From Acidobacteriota bacterium (GTDB lineage: Bacteria; Acidobacteriota; UBA6911; RPQK01; JAJDTT01): a DNA stretch of 64,000 nucleotides. The position numbers were made by a program, and so were the translations under genes. Location: the NCBI GenBank assembly GCA_965203535.1, contig OZ241897.1, positions 3,179-67,178 of the forward strand, read 5' to 3'. Below are positions 1-9,697 of the stretch, in pieces. Every line of letters starts with the position of its first letter. Position 1 is the stretch's first letter. Below the pieces are notes generated by a model. It was not told the origin of the DNA. It made no database searches and saw only the letters and a program-made list of their open reading frames with translations.

Positions 1-1746
1 TACGACATCTATCTGAGAACCATCGGACCCCGGGGCCGTCCGGGGAAAGTGGAACCGGTCTCGGCCACGCGTCATTTCGAAGCCAACGCGACGGTTGTTT
101 TCGACTCCCGGGACCGGCTCTGGGTCGCCTGGGAAGAATCGGGTCCCGAATGGGGCAAGGACTACTCCCAGGAAAGCAATTTCGCGGGGACCCTGCTCCA
201 TTCCGACCGCAAGATTCGGATTCGTTGCCGCAGTCAGGGAAACTGGCACCGGATGGGACAGCCCCCCGGAAGCCGCTTCCTGGACCTGCCTCTCAACTTC
301 CAGGAACAGCCGCGGCTCCTGATGGGGCGAAACGGCAACCTCTGGCTCATCTTCCGCCAATGGACCAGCCGCATGTACCCGGACGAGGTCTGGAACGTGT
401 ACGCCGTCCATTTCAATGGGGAACAGTGGTCCAGACCCCGGGAGCTGGCCTTCAGCAGCGGCCGCTTGACTCAGGAGTTTCCCGCGGCCGCGCACCCGGA
501 CGGAAGCGTCTGGGTGCTCTATCCCACCGACTACCGCGCGGGCGGAAACCGGCGCCTGGGACAGTGGGACCTCTGGTCCTCGCGCCTGGCCGCGCCGCCG
601 GCCACCGGCGAGGCCGGGGTCCTGCGGCCGGTTCCGCCTCCGGCGCCCGAGACCCGTTATGTCCCCACGCCCAACAAGCTCTACGAGACCACGGTGGGAG
701 GAAAGACCTATCGCCTCTACTACGGAGACCTGCACCGCCACACCGACATCGTGGGGCACGGTTGGACCGACCTCTCCATCTCGGGCCAGTACCGCTACGC
801 GCTGGACGGGGCGGAGTTGGATTTCATGGCCACCACGGACCACAACCAGACCTACAACATGGTGGCGAGCGGGGAGAGGAAAGCCGGAAAGGAGGACGCG
901 CTGGGCGAGTATGGCTGGTGGCGAACCCAGAAGGTGGCGGACATGTACCTGTTTCCGGGCCGCTTCGTGTCCCTGTTCGGATACGAGCGGAGCATGGAAT
1001 ATCCGGGGGGACACCGCAATCTGATCTGGCCCGAGCGGCGCGGCGAGCTGATTCCCGGCGACGTGGGAATCCCTTCGGACAACATTCCGCTGGGCCTCTG
1101 GGAAAGACTCAAGGGGACCGACGGAATCTCCATCCCCCACTCTCCGCTGGGACCGCGGGTGAGCTGGAAATGGCATGATCCGGTGAGCCAGCCGGTGCTG
1201 GAAATGTACCAGGGCTTCCGCCGCTCCTACGAGCATTCGGACGCCCTCCCTGAAGAGAGCCGGGGCCCCCTGGGAAACCGGCCCGAAGGACCCCACATGT
1301 TGTGGGACGCCCTGGCCCGCGGGCACCGCATCGGCGTCATCGCCAGCTCCGACCACGAATCCACCCACATGTCCTACGCGGGCGTCTGGGCCACCGAGTT
1401 CACGCGGGAAGGGATCTTCCAGGGCCTGAAACAGCGCCACACCCTGGCCTCCACCGACAACATCGTCATCGACTTCCGGATCGGGGACGCCTTCATGGGG
1501 GACGAGACCACCGTCACCGAACTCCCGAAGCTCGAAATCAAGGCCATCGGAACCGGACCCATCCGCCAGATCGACGTGGTCAAGGACAACACTTTCGTCT
1601 ACCAGACCCGGCCCCACCAGCGGGAGGCCGAGGTGACCTATCTGGACCAGGACTCCAGACCGGGAACCAGCTACTACTACGTGAGAGTGATCCAGGAAGA
1701 CGAGATGATGGCCTGGTCTTCGGCGATCTGGGTCACGCGCCGGTAA
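1..1746 (+). CDS. Conserved hypothetical protein, 5'-truncated by the window edge. PHP-fold / DUF3604-like metal-dependent hydrolase motifs.
   Basis: The reading frame is open from nt 1 (no stop before the GTG at 49), so the gene starts upstream of the window. Motifs GDLHRHTDIVGHG and ATTDHN resemble PHP-domain metal-binding motifs. Codon usage matches neighbouring genes. Confidence 0.6.
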   Translation, partial: YDIYLRTIGPRGRPGKVEPVSATRHFEANATVVFDSRDRLWVAWEESGPEWGKDYSQESNFAGTLLHSDRKIRIRCRSQGNWHRMGQPPGSRFLDLPLNFQEQPRLLMGRNGNLWLIFRQWTSRMYPDEVWNVYAVHFNGEQWSRPRELAFSSGRLTQEFPAAAHPDGSVWVLYPTDYRAGGNRRLGQWDLWSSRLAAPPATGEAGVLRPVPPPAPETRYVPTPNKLYETTVGGKTYRLYYGDLHRHTDIVGHGWTDLSISGQYRYALDGAELDFMATTDHNQTYNMVASGERKAGKEDALGEYGWWRTQKVADMYLFPGRFVSLFGYERSMEYPGGHRNLIWPERRGELIPGDVGIPSDNIPLGLWERLKGTDGISIPHSPLGPRVSWKWHDPVSQPVLEMYQGFRRSYEHSDALPEESRGPLGNRPEGPHMLWDALARGHRIGVIASSDHESTHMSYAGVWATEFTREGIFQGLKQRHTLASTDNIVIDFRIGDAFMGDETTVTELPKLEIKAIGTGPIRQIDVVKDNTFVYQTRPHQREAEVTYLDQDSRPGTSYYYVRVIQEDEMMAWSSAIWVTRR

Positions 1747-1760
1747 TCCAAGCCTCTCTC

Positions 1761-3398
1761 ATGGCCAGCGGGCGTCCTGTTTGCTTCTGCCTCCTCCTGG
1801 CGCTCTTGTCCTATTCCGGCGCTCCGGCCGGAGCAACGGCCTTTCCCCATCCATCGAAGGCCGGCCGTGCCCTGTCCGGGGGGCAGCAGGAGACCCGGGA
1901 CTACTTCGAAAAGTGGCTCAACGAAGACGCCGCCTACATCATCACGCCGGAAGAAAAGACCGTCTTCCGGAGCCTGACCACGGACCTGGAGCGGGAGAGG
2001 TTTATCGAGCGTTTCTGGAGGCGCCGTGATCCGGACCCCGGCACCGCCGTCTGCGAGTACAAGGAAGAGCATTACCGGCGGATCGCCTACGCCAACCAGT
2101 GGTTCCGGAGCGGGAAACCCGGCTGGATGACCGATCGGGGCCGGATCTACATTCTTCACGGCCCGCCGGACGAGATCGAGAGTCACCCCTCCGGCGGCCC
2201 CTATCAACGTCCCGTTCACGAAGGCGGCGGATTCACTTCCACCCACCCCTTCGAGATCTGGCGTTACCGCCGGATCGAAGGCGTCGGCGAAGACGTCGAA
2301 CTCGAGTTCGTCGACCCTGTGGGAGGCGGTGAATACCGGTTGGCCCTGAGTCCGGACGAAAAGGATGTCCTGCGGCAGGTGCCCGGCGCGGGACTGACCT
2401 GGCCGGAGGGGAGAGGCTTGACCCGGAAGGCGGATCGGCTGCCCCCTTCCTTCGACACCTTGCGAGCCAAGGACTCGCCGTTCGATCGCTACGAGACCTA
2501 CAGCCGAGTCCAGCGCCCCAAGATACTCAAGTCGACGGAACTGAGGGAACTGGTCCGGCTCAAGGTCGGTTTTCGCGACCTCCCCCTGAAGATGCGGCAA
2601 GACCACTTCAGGCTGGACCCGGATCGGGCGTTGACCGCATTCACCGTGGAAATCGCCAACCGGGACCTGACCTACGAGCCTGAAGCCGGTTCCATGGTGG
2701 CCAGAGTGTCCGTCTACGGGATCGTCACCAGCGTTGCCCGGCAGGTCGTCGCCGAGTTCGAGGACGAGCTGATATCGGCCTACCTGCCCGGCGAAACGGA
2801 CCGGGGCCTGGCCGCGCGATCGCTCTACCAGAAGTTGGTTGCCCTCGAAAACAGGGGACGCTACCGGATCGACCTGGTGGTCAAGGATCTCAAGAGCCGC
2901 AAGGTGGGGATCGTTCGCCGCCCTGTCGATCCGCCCTCCTACCCGGACGGCACCCTGGCTGCCAGTTCCCTCATCCTGTCCCACGACCTCCGGCAAGTCG
3001 GCGGGACTCCGGAAGCGGACCGCATGTTCGTCCTGGGGGACGTCAGGATCCATCCGGCCTTGGACAACATTTTCGTCTCCGGCGGCCCCATTGGAACGTA
3101 CCTGCAACTGTACAACGTCGGGCTGGACCAGTCGGCCCTGGCGCCGTCACTGAGAATCGCCTACAGGATCTCCCGGAGGGGCGTCCCGGTCGTCGAGGTG
3201 GTTGTGGATGGAGACGAGTCCGTCTTCTGGTACTCGGACCGGAGAGTGGTGCTGATCCGGGCCTTGCCGGTCCGGAACTTGAAGCCGGACCAGTACGATC
3301 TGAAGGTTGAGGTTCACGACCGGATCGGGGACCAGCGCCTGACGCTGACGGAGAGCTTCCGGATCATCGACGGCGCCGCTTCGTCACCGGTCGATTGA
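1761..3398 (+). CDS. GWxTD domain-containing secreted protein
   Basis: ATG at 1761 in frame with ORF 1302..3398. N-terminal signal-peptide-like stretch MASGRPVCFCLLLALLSYSGAPAGA. Conserved block FWRRRDPDPGT..EYKEEHYRRIAYAN..GWMTDRGRIYILHGPPDEIE is typical of the GWxTD family. Confidence 0.8.
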   Translation: MASGRPVCFCLLLALLSYSGAPAGATAFPHPSKAGRALSGGQQETRDYFEKWLNEDAAYIITPEEKTVFRSLTTDLERERFIERFWRRRDPDPGTAVCEYKEEHYRRIAYANQWFRSGKPGWMTDRGRIYILHGPPDEIESHPSGGPYQRPVHEGGGFTSTHPFEIWRYRRIEGVGEDVELEFVDPVGGGEYRLALSPDEKDVLRQVPGAGLTWPEGRGLTRKADRLPPSFDTLRAKDSPFDRYETYSRVQRPKILKSTELRELVRLKVGFRDLPLKMRQDHFRLDPDRALTAFTVEIANRDLTYEPEAGSMVARVSVYGIVTSVARQVVAEFEDELISAYLPGETDRGLAARSLYQKLVALENRGRYRIDLVVKDLKSRKVGIVRRPVDPPSYPDGTLAASSLILSHDLRQVGGTPEADRMFVLGDVRIHPALDNIFVSGGPIGTYLQLYNVGLDQSALAPSLRIAYRISRRGVPVVEVVVDGDESVFWYSDRRVVLIRALPVRNLKPDQYDLKVEVHDRIGDQRLTLTESFRIIDGAASSPVD

Positions 3399-3432
3399 CA
3401 AACAGAGTCCCGCTCAAAAGAATCGTCCCGGC

Positions 3433-6400
3433 ATGCGGAAAAGTGGCTTATGGATCCTCCTGCTGGCCGTTTTTCTTTTCGCTTCATCCGATCTGTTTTC
3501 TCAGGGGTTCCAGGGGACCATCCGGGGTGAAGTCCGGGACCCGAGCGGCGGGGTGATTCCCGGCGCTACCGTCACTCTGAAGAGCGAACGGACAGGCGAG
3601 ACACGGACCCAGATCAGCTCCGACGCCGGCGGTTACGATTTCCCCCATCTGCTGGTTTCCATCTATACCCTCACCGTGGAGCTTTCCGGCTTCAAAAAGT
3701 ACGTGCGGCCGGGGATCGCGGTCCGGGCCAACCAGGTCTCGGAGGTCAAGGTCCGGCTGGAATTGGGCGAGCTCAACCAGGTCGTGACCGTCTCGGCCGG
3801 CGCCGACCTGGTCCAGACCGAGGACTCCCAGTTGACGGGCGGCACCTTCGGGTCCCGGGAGATCACCGAACTGCCCTTGGCTGACCCGGCGGGAAGCGGT
3901 GGAAATCCCATCGGTCTGGCCATCCACGCTCCGGGGACCACGACCCAGTCCGGGGGCGTGGTGGGCGAAGGCGGGTCCATCGGCGGTAACCGGCCGCGCC
4001 AGAACAACTTCGTCGTCGACGGAGTCGACAACAACGACCCCACCAGCACGGGCAGTCTGACCCCCGTCATTCAGGAAGCGGTCGAGGAATTCAGCCTTCT
4101 GACCAACCAGTTCAGCGCCGAATACGGTCACTCCACCGCCGGACAGTTCATCACCACCACCAAGTCGGGGACCAACGAGTGGCATGGCCGGGCCTGGTGG
4201 TTCAACCAGAACCGGCATACGAATTCGCTGGACACTTTGACTCGCGCCGCCACTCCGCCGGGGGGACGCAAACCCCGATACGACCGGAACCGGTTCGGGG
4301 GGCAGTTGGGAGGTCCCTTGCTCAAGGACAAGTGGTTCGTTTTCGCCGCCTACGAGTACCGGAATCTCACTCTGGACGGGACCTCTCCGGGCCAGATCCT
4401 GGGACCGACCCGGACGGGTCTCACGGCTCTGCGCAACCTGGCGGCGGAGCCGGGCAGCGGTGTCAGCCCCGTGACCGTCGGCATCATCGCGGATCACGTG
4501 CCTCCTGCCGGCGCCGCCACCTCCACTGCGACGGTTCTCAACGAAGCCACCGGCCGGCTCGTCCCCGTCGAACTGGGAGTGCTGTCTCTGTCGGCTCCCC
4601 AGTTCGACCGAACCCATCTTTTCCTGATGAGCAGCGACTATCAGACGGAGCGGCACCGAATCAGCACTCGATACCACTACAGCCGCAATCGGCAGGTCGC
4701 CGCCGGCGAACTTCCCGTGGCTCGATTCAACAGCGACGTCTTCACCGACACTCAGCGAGTCACGGTCAGTGACGTCTTCACCCTCGGCCCGACCCGGATC
4801 AACGAGCTCCGACTCGGCTACAACCGCAACGCCACCGGGTTCCCGGTGGATCTTCCCCCCGCGCCGGGACCCACCGATACTTTCGGCAACTACAACATCA
4901 ACGACCTCAGCCTGTTCATCGGACCTCAAGGGGGATTCCCTCAATGGGGAACCGACAACGTCTATCAGCTCAGTGAGAACTTCAGTTGGAGCAGGGGTTC
5001 CCACACCTTCAAGATGGGAGCGGACTACCGGAACATCATCGCGGGCAGCTCGTTCCTGCCGCGGGGACGGGCCGAATACACTTACGCGGACCTGGACGAG
5101 TTCGTCCGCGACCGTTTCCCCAGCGTGGTGGCGATCCGAGGCGTGGGCAGCGGGTTCTTCTCCCAGAGCCGGGCGGCGATGTTCGGCTATTTCCAGGACA
5201 ACTGGCAGGTCCACCCTCACCTGACCCTGGATCTGGGAGTCCGCTACGAATATACCCAGGTGGCCAGGGACACGGCCCTGCAGGATCTCAACGCCTTATC
5301 GAATATCGAGTCCATCCGCGACGAGGTCTTCACACCGCAGCTTCTGAGGTCGCTCGGGGTGGCTCCCGGCTCTCCTCTGTTGGGCACCAAGATCTTCGAT
5401 TCCCTCCCACCGGCCCACCAGTCGGCGCTCATGAACCACGTGGGCGAGTCGCTCATCTTTCGCAAGCCGCAGGCGGACCGCAACAACTGGGCGCCCCGGT
5501 TCGGCTTTGCCTGGGATCTCTTCGGAAACGGCAAGACCTCGCTGCGGGGGGGCGCGGGAGTGGCTCATGACGTCATCTTCGGCAACCTGCCGCTGTTGAT
5601 GCTGCCGCCGCAGTTTCAGGCGGAGAATCGCGAAACCAACGCCTGCTCCATCAGCCCCTCGCCCGGTTGGTGCTCCCTGGTCACACCGGGCAGCGACGCC
5701 CTCAGCGCCGACATCCGGCATTCCACCATCGGGTTTCTGGCCGGCGGCGGGCTGTTGAGGAGCCTGCCGTCCTCCACTTTCACCGATACCTACGTCGCCC
5801 GGGCCGCCACGGGAGTGTTCGTGCGCAATGACGTGTCGCCCGAGACCTACACCTGGTCCCTGGCCCTGCAGCACCAAATGGGCAACGACTACGTGATCGA
5901 GGCCCGATACGTCGGCAACCACGCCATCTATCTCCCCATCCAGCGCTGGAAGAGCGCAGGACTCCCCAATCCCTCCCGCCTTCCCACCTTCACCCGGGAG
6001 TCGTACGCCCTGGAGCAGAACTTCCACGGCGCACCGACCCTGGCCGATTTCCTGAGTGCCCGGCGTTCCACCGCCCAGGATGGGACTCCGCTGGGTCTCG
6101 GCCTCCTGCTGTGGCCCTATGGCTTTGCCGGAGTCGTGACCGAATTCGCCCCGGACGGCCAGTCCTGGTACCACGGAGGGTCGCTGATGTTGCAGAAGCG
6201 TTTCTCCGCCGGGTTCTCGCTCAACGCCAACTACACCTGGAGCAGAACCATCGATCTCATAGAGAACGACCTGTTCACCAGCTTCATGAATCCTCGCCGG
6301 CCATTCGATCATCTGGACCTGCGTTCCGGTCGCGGACTCTCCGGCCTCCACCACGGTCACAAGCTCTCTGTCAGTTGGTTGTGGAACATCCCCGCCGTCA

Positions 6401-7032
6401 ACCTGGGGAACCGTTTTCTGAACCGTTTGGTCCGAGGCTGGCAGATCAACGGGACCTACCTGGCCGAGTCCGGCCAGCCCCTCACCATCATCTCCCGCCG
6501 GGACCTGAACGGAGACTTCGACACGGCCGGAGACACGGCCATCGAGAATCCTGCGGGCCGGGGCCTCACCGGCACGGATGTGAACTTCGTCTGCCGCCGG
6601 GAGACCGGAATCGGCATCGCGGCGAGCGCGGACCTGTGCGGCGGCCCGGCGAACGTGGTGGGTTACGTCGCGCGGGACCCGGGGGCCAGGTACATCCGGG
6701 GAGGAACGGGCGCCCGGACCAACATGGGCCGGGGCACTTTCCTCTCACCCGGGATCAACGTCTGGAATCTCGCCTTCTTCAGAAACCTGGAGTTGCCGGG
6801 CAAAGAAGGGCTGAAACTACAGTTCCGCGCCGAGCTGTGGAACGCGTTCAATCACCCCAACACCATCGTGGGCAACGGCTCCGTCTTCAACACCACGACG
6901 AATGCCACCGGCTTTCCCGGATACGTCACTCCCGGCACCGGTCAGTTCCTGGACAAGACCATCTTCAGCGGAGGCATGGGCACCGCTCCGTTTCAGCGGA
7001 TCGTCCAATGGGGACTCCGTCTCATCTTCTGA
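3433..7032 (+). CDS. TonB-dependent receptor-like outer-membrane protein with N-terminal carboxypeptidase-regulatory-like domain
   Basis: 1199 aa with a signal peptide. N-terminal GTIRGEVRDPSGGVIPGATVTL matches the CarboxypepD_reg domain. Plug-like region present. Ends with a C-terminal Phe (RLIF), typical of OM beta-barrels. Large Acidobacteria-type TBDR architecture. Confidence 0.85.
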   Translation: MRKSGLWILLLAVFLFASSDLFSQGFQGTIRGEVRDPSGGVIPGATVTLKSERTGETRTQISSDAGGYDFPHLLVSIYTLTVELSGFKKYVRPGIAVRANQVSEVKVRLELGELNQVVTVSAGADLVQTEDSQLTGGTFGSREITELPLADPAGSGGNPIGLAIHAPGTTTQSGGVVGEGGSIGGNRPRQNNFVVDGVDNNDPTSTGSLTPVIQEAVEEFSLLTNQFSAEYGHSTAGQFITTTKSGTNEWHGRAWWFNQNRHTNSLDTLTRAATPPGGRKPRYDRNRFGGQLGGPLLKDKWFVFAAYEYRNLTLDGTSPGQILGPTRTGLTALRNLAAEPGSGVSPVTVGIIADHVPPAGAATSTATVLNEATGRLVPVELGVLSLSAPQFDRTHLFLMSSDYQTERHRISTRYHYSRNRQVAAGELPVARFNSDVFTDTQRVTVSDVFTLGPTRINELRLGYNRNATGFPVDLPPAPGPTDTFGNYNINDLSLFIGPQGGFPQWGTDNVYQLSENFSWSRGSHTFKMGADYRNIIAGSSFLPRGRAEYTYADLDEFVRDRFPSVVAIRGVGSGFFSQSRAAMFGYFQDNWQVHPHLTLDLGVRYEYTQVARDTALQDLNALSNIESIRDEVFTPQLLRSLGVAPGSPLLGTKIFDSLPPAHQSALMNHVGESLIFRKPQADRNNWAPRFGFAWDLFGNGKTSLRGGAGVAHDVIFGNLPLLMLPPQFQAENRETNACSISPSPGWCSLVTPGSDALSADIRHSTIGFLAGGGLLRSLPSSTFTDTYVARAATGVFVRNDVSPETYTWSLALQHQMGNDYVIEARYVGNHAIYLPIQRWKSAGLPNPSRLPTFTRESYALEQNFHGAPTLADFLSARRSTAQDGTPLGLGLLLWPYGFAGVVTEFAPDGQSWYHGGSLMLQKRFSAGFSLNANYTWSRTIDLIENDLFTSFMNPRRPFDHLDLRSGRGLSGLHHGHKLSVSWLWNIPAVNLGNRFLNRLVRGWQINGTYLAESGQPLTIISRRDLNGDFDTAGDTAIENPAGRGLTGTDVNFVCRRETGIGIAASADLCGGPANVVGYVARDPGARYIRGGTGARTNMGRGTFLSPGINVWNLAFFRNLELPGKEGLKLQFRAELWNAFNHPNTIVGNGSVFNTTTNATGFPGYVTPGTGQFLDKTIFSGGMGTAPFQRIVQWGLRLIF

Positions 7033-7049
7033 TCCGGCGAGGAGCGAAA

Positions 7050-7090
7050 AAGGGGTGAGGAGCGGGGGTTTTCCTACCCCCGCTTCCGTA
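7050..7090 (+). terminator. GC-rich hairpin just downstream of the TonB-receptor stop (AGCGGGGG-ttttccta-CCCCCGCT); possible terminator and left copy of the 19-bp direct repeat.
   Basis: Perfect 8-bp stem seen by eye at about 7061-7086, 29 nt after the stop at 7032. No clear U-tract follows, so intrinsic-terminator status is uncertain. Confidence 0.35.
7072..7090. repeat. 19-bp direct repeat, left copy (tttcctacccccgcttccg); putative attL-like boundary
   Basis: Identical 19-mer recurs at 9522-9540. The interval contains tyrosine-integrase fragments. Confidence 0.55.
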
Positions 7091-7310
7091 AAGTCAACTA
7101 CTGTCAAAGGTTAACGTTTTCAATGGCTTACCGGGTTCTTCGCCGAATCGGTAAAGTGGTTGACTCCCAACATTTGACATTCTGAACAGGCAACAAACAG
7201 GCAGCAGCATTCCCGCCTGAAGGCCAATCCACTCTTCCCATTCTCTCTTGCTCCCCAGGTTACGGCCCTGCTCAACTCCTACGGCGGGGTGACGGCCGCA
7301 CTGAAGCGGG

Positions 7311-7350
7311 CGGTCGAGGGGCAACCAGCGGTCGAGGGGCAACCAGCGGT
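7311..7350. repeat. 18-bp tandem repeat (cggtcgaggggcaaccag) x 2.2
   Basis: Seen directly: two full copies at 7311-7328 and 7329-7346 plus a partial third (cggt). Confidence 0.8.
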
Positions 7351-7785
7351 GGAAGGTCGCTCCTTCCAGGTCGTGATGGACGGTGAACGCACTTGTCAGT
7401 CGCAAACGCGGATGGAGGCTCGTTTCGGCAGTGCGTCAAGGGGGTCACGTGGCTCAACATGATCTATGTATGACCACAGGCTACAAGTGCCACTGTGGTA
7501 CGCTTGAAGGATGGAAGTTTTCCGCGTCCCCTTGGATGATGACCTGGACCAAACCCCGGAATTTCTGAACTGGGAACGCGATGTGAACGCTGGCGTCTGG
7601 GGCCGCTCCCTGCTATGAGGCGAAACCGAATAGCTCCCCAAGATCCTAGTCTTAGTCCGGTGCTCCATCAAGCGGCGGGAGGAGGATTTCGTCGAGATGA
7701 GAAACAAATGCTGGCGATGGCTGAATAGTGTGCTCGCTCTGGCCCGCGACTCGGGCAAGGGATAGACTGGAGGCGGGAAGAACTC

Positions 7786-8013
7786 ATGCCGGACCAATTC
7801 ACGACTGTTACCCTCCCGATCTGTAGCGGCCTCCTCGTCCTCGCTGGCCTCATCCTGGCCCAGTCCCGCGCCATCCGTTCGGAGCTTCGCGAAGCGGCTC
7901 GAGAACGTACTGAACTGCGCAACCAGATCGGGGAACTCCCGGAACGCATGGCTCACCTGGAGGGTCTGCTGGAGGGTCTGCGCGAAGCCATTACCCGCCG
8001 CAACGTCGCGTGA
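7786..8013 (+). CDS. Small hypothetical protein (N-terminal hydrophobic helix + coiled-coil-like C-terminus)
   Basis: 75-aa ORF MPDQFTTVTLPICSGLLVLAGLILAQ... inside the putative integrated-element remnant. Codon usage plausible. No recognisable family. Confidence 0.35.
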   Translation: MPDQFTTVTLPICSGLLVLAGLILAQSRAIRSELREAARERTELRNQIGELPERMAHLEGLLEGLREAITRRNVA

Positions 8014-8795
8014 GAGGCTCTCAGACTTTGGAGCCGAGACGGAGCACTCTGATCACCCGCAAGGATATACGGGATCGTTTTTCCCAAAATCTTGAGTGGG
8101 CAACCGGAATCGATCTCGCGACCGCGAAGGGGGGCACCATGGGTCTCAAAGAACGAGCCGACATCGTGATCGGTCTCTTCAGGAATCTGTTTGCATGCGA
8201 GGGACGGCAATTCGGCAGTCGGTCGCTTGGCGTATTGGGCATCTCGGACGGTTGCGAGGGCGTACAGTGGAACGCTTGGTACTCCCAGCGTGAGGAGACC
8301 GCCTGGCTGGGTGTCAACCTTGAGGGTTTGAAGTATAAGGACTGGCCCGTTGCACGACTCATCAAGCGAGAGCTCGACCATCCACACCTGTTGACTGAGT
8401 ATCGCCCCAGGGTAGCGAGCCCTGAGATGGTTACGGTTATCTGGAGGCGAGACGTGTGGCAGGCCGGTATCCGCATCGGGATCAAGGAGTCAAGGCTCCC
8501 GCCAACCCCGATTGCGCTGGATCGACTTGATGGCGAGGGCTGGGCGCATGCACTGCGCCAAGCGAGGGAATGCCTGGATCCCGAGCGCGGGTATCGAGGC
8601 CGCCGCCGAACCAAGGTCACGCTGCGCCGTTCGAGTCGGATCGTTGAAAAGTGGGTGAGCCCCCATCTTCAGTTCACTGCCCGGTTCGCCGAAGACTCAA
8701 CTCGCTCACTGCGACGGGCGAAGGACGACCTTGAGGTGCTTCGCGAATTCGCCGTTCGCCAAACTCGACCCGCCATGCGCCAAGGAGTTTCGTGA
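8010..8795 (+). CDS. Hypothetical protein (261 aa) within the integrated-element remnant
   Basis: Start overlaps the stop of the upstream small ORF (ATGA-type coupling). Local GC is lower than flanking core genes. No recognisable domain. Confidence 0.45.
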   Translation: MRGSQTLEPRRSTLITRKDIRDRFSQNLEWATGIDLATAKGGTMGLKERADIVIGLFRNLFACEGRQFGSRSLGVLGISDGCEGVQWNAWYSQREETAWLGVNLEGLKYKDWPVARLIKRELDHPHLLTEYRPRVASPEMVTVIWRRDVWQAGIRIGIKESRLPPTPIALDRLDGEGWAHALRQARECLDPERGYRGRRRTKVTLRRSSRIVEKWVSPHLQFTARFAEDSTRSLRRAKDDLEVLREFAVRQTRPAMRQGVS

Positions 8796-8995
8796 GGATC
8801 TCCCCCAACACCTGCGCACGGTCGGCGGCGGTCAACGCGAAGAACGGCGGCGACCATGACGGTGCATCGCCCAGCCACGGGTGCACCGGGGCGGGCTTCG
8901 GGCGACGGCGTACTTGGCCGCCCACTGCCCCGGCATCGGGGCAGAAAGCTCGGGGGTCCAAGGGGGCGGAGCCTCCCCTTGCCAGACCGCAGTGT

Positions 8996-9483
8996 TCAAC
9001 ACTGCGTGGGCTGGCTCAGGACCAGTATTAGGTCCTGAGCCAGCCCTTCGGATCCGCCGAAAACGCCTCTCCGGGCACCGCCCGGAACGACGGACTCCCG
9101 CTCGCTGCGGGCAAGCTCCCCAGCCCTTTCCCAGTCCAGATCATCGAGCCGCAGGCCGGCGACCTCGCTGGCACGCAACCCGTAGGCGATCAGCACCATC
9201 AGGATGGCACGGGCGCGAAGTCGGCTTGCCGGTTGCCCTCGGAGGTTGCGAGCAGGCGGAGCACCTCGCCCCGGTTGAGTCCCTTCGGGAGTGTCTCGCC
9301 GGGATGGAACCGCACCGGCATGATCCCGTCAGCCAGCCCCGGTGGACACCAGCCCTGGCGTTCGGCGAACCGGAAAAAAGCGCGCAGACGCTGCCCGTAA
9401 ACGCGGATCGTGCTCCGACTGCAGCCACGGGCGTGCCAGCGCATGACCGCCCGGTCGATGTCGGCAACAACGACCGCATCCAA
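8996..9483 (-). pseudogene. Tyrosine recombinase / phage-type integrase remnant (frameshifted and truncated)
   Basis: ORF 9199..9483(-) encodes an N-terminal SAM-like integrase domain (RSTIRVYGQRLRAFFRFAERQGW...RGEVLRLL). ORF 8996..9199(-) in another frame encodes part of the catalytic core (IAYGLRASEVAGLRLDDLDWE). The downstream His/Arg/Tyr catalytic residues are absent. Confidence 0.7.
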
Positions 9484-9521
9484 GGCAATGCCCCACTCGC
9501 CGAGCCCGTCGAAGAAACGGA

Positions 9522-9540
9522 TTTCCTACCCCCGCTTCCG
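9522..9540. repeat. 19-bp direct repeat, right copy (tttcctacccccgcttccg); putative attR-like boundary
   Basis: Identical to 7072-7090 and lies immediately beyond the integrase remnant. Confidence 0.55.
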
Positions 9541-9697
9541 GCTTCCCGGCGAATGGACCGGATTTGGCGGCCTCGACTTTCCGGTCCGTTAATCAACTTG
9601 GCGCTTATGGACGGCAGTCCCCCCATTACCTTCCTCGGTATTCCAATTTTCCGCCTCCATATCCGGCCAGGAACCGGAGTCCCGCCACCAACCCGGC

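Noticed and set aside
150-1178. 342-aa ORF in an alternative frame overlapping the first gene
   Set aside because: Arg/Pro/Gly-rich, low-complexity translation typical of off-frame ORFs in high-GC DNA. Fully overlapped by a gene with recognisable motifs.
1677-3107. 476-aa antisense ORF opposite the GWxTD gene
   Set aside because: Antisense high-GC artefact with no domain signal. The GWxTD gene on the plus strand has strong family motifs.
3484-6360. Long minus-strand ORFs (3484..5220, 5296..6360) inside the TonB-receptor gene
   Set aside because: Antisense to a well-supported 1199-aa gene. Their composition is dominated by Gly/Arg/Pro/Ala.
7396-7956. 186-aa minus-strand ORF in the element remnant
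   Set aside because: Ser/Arg-rich low-complexity translation overlapping the small plus-strand ORF. Could be a decayed gene, but nothing supports it.
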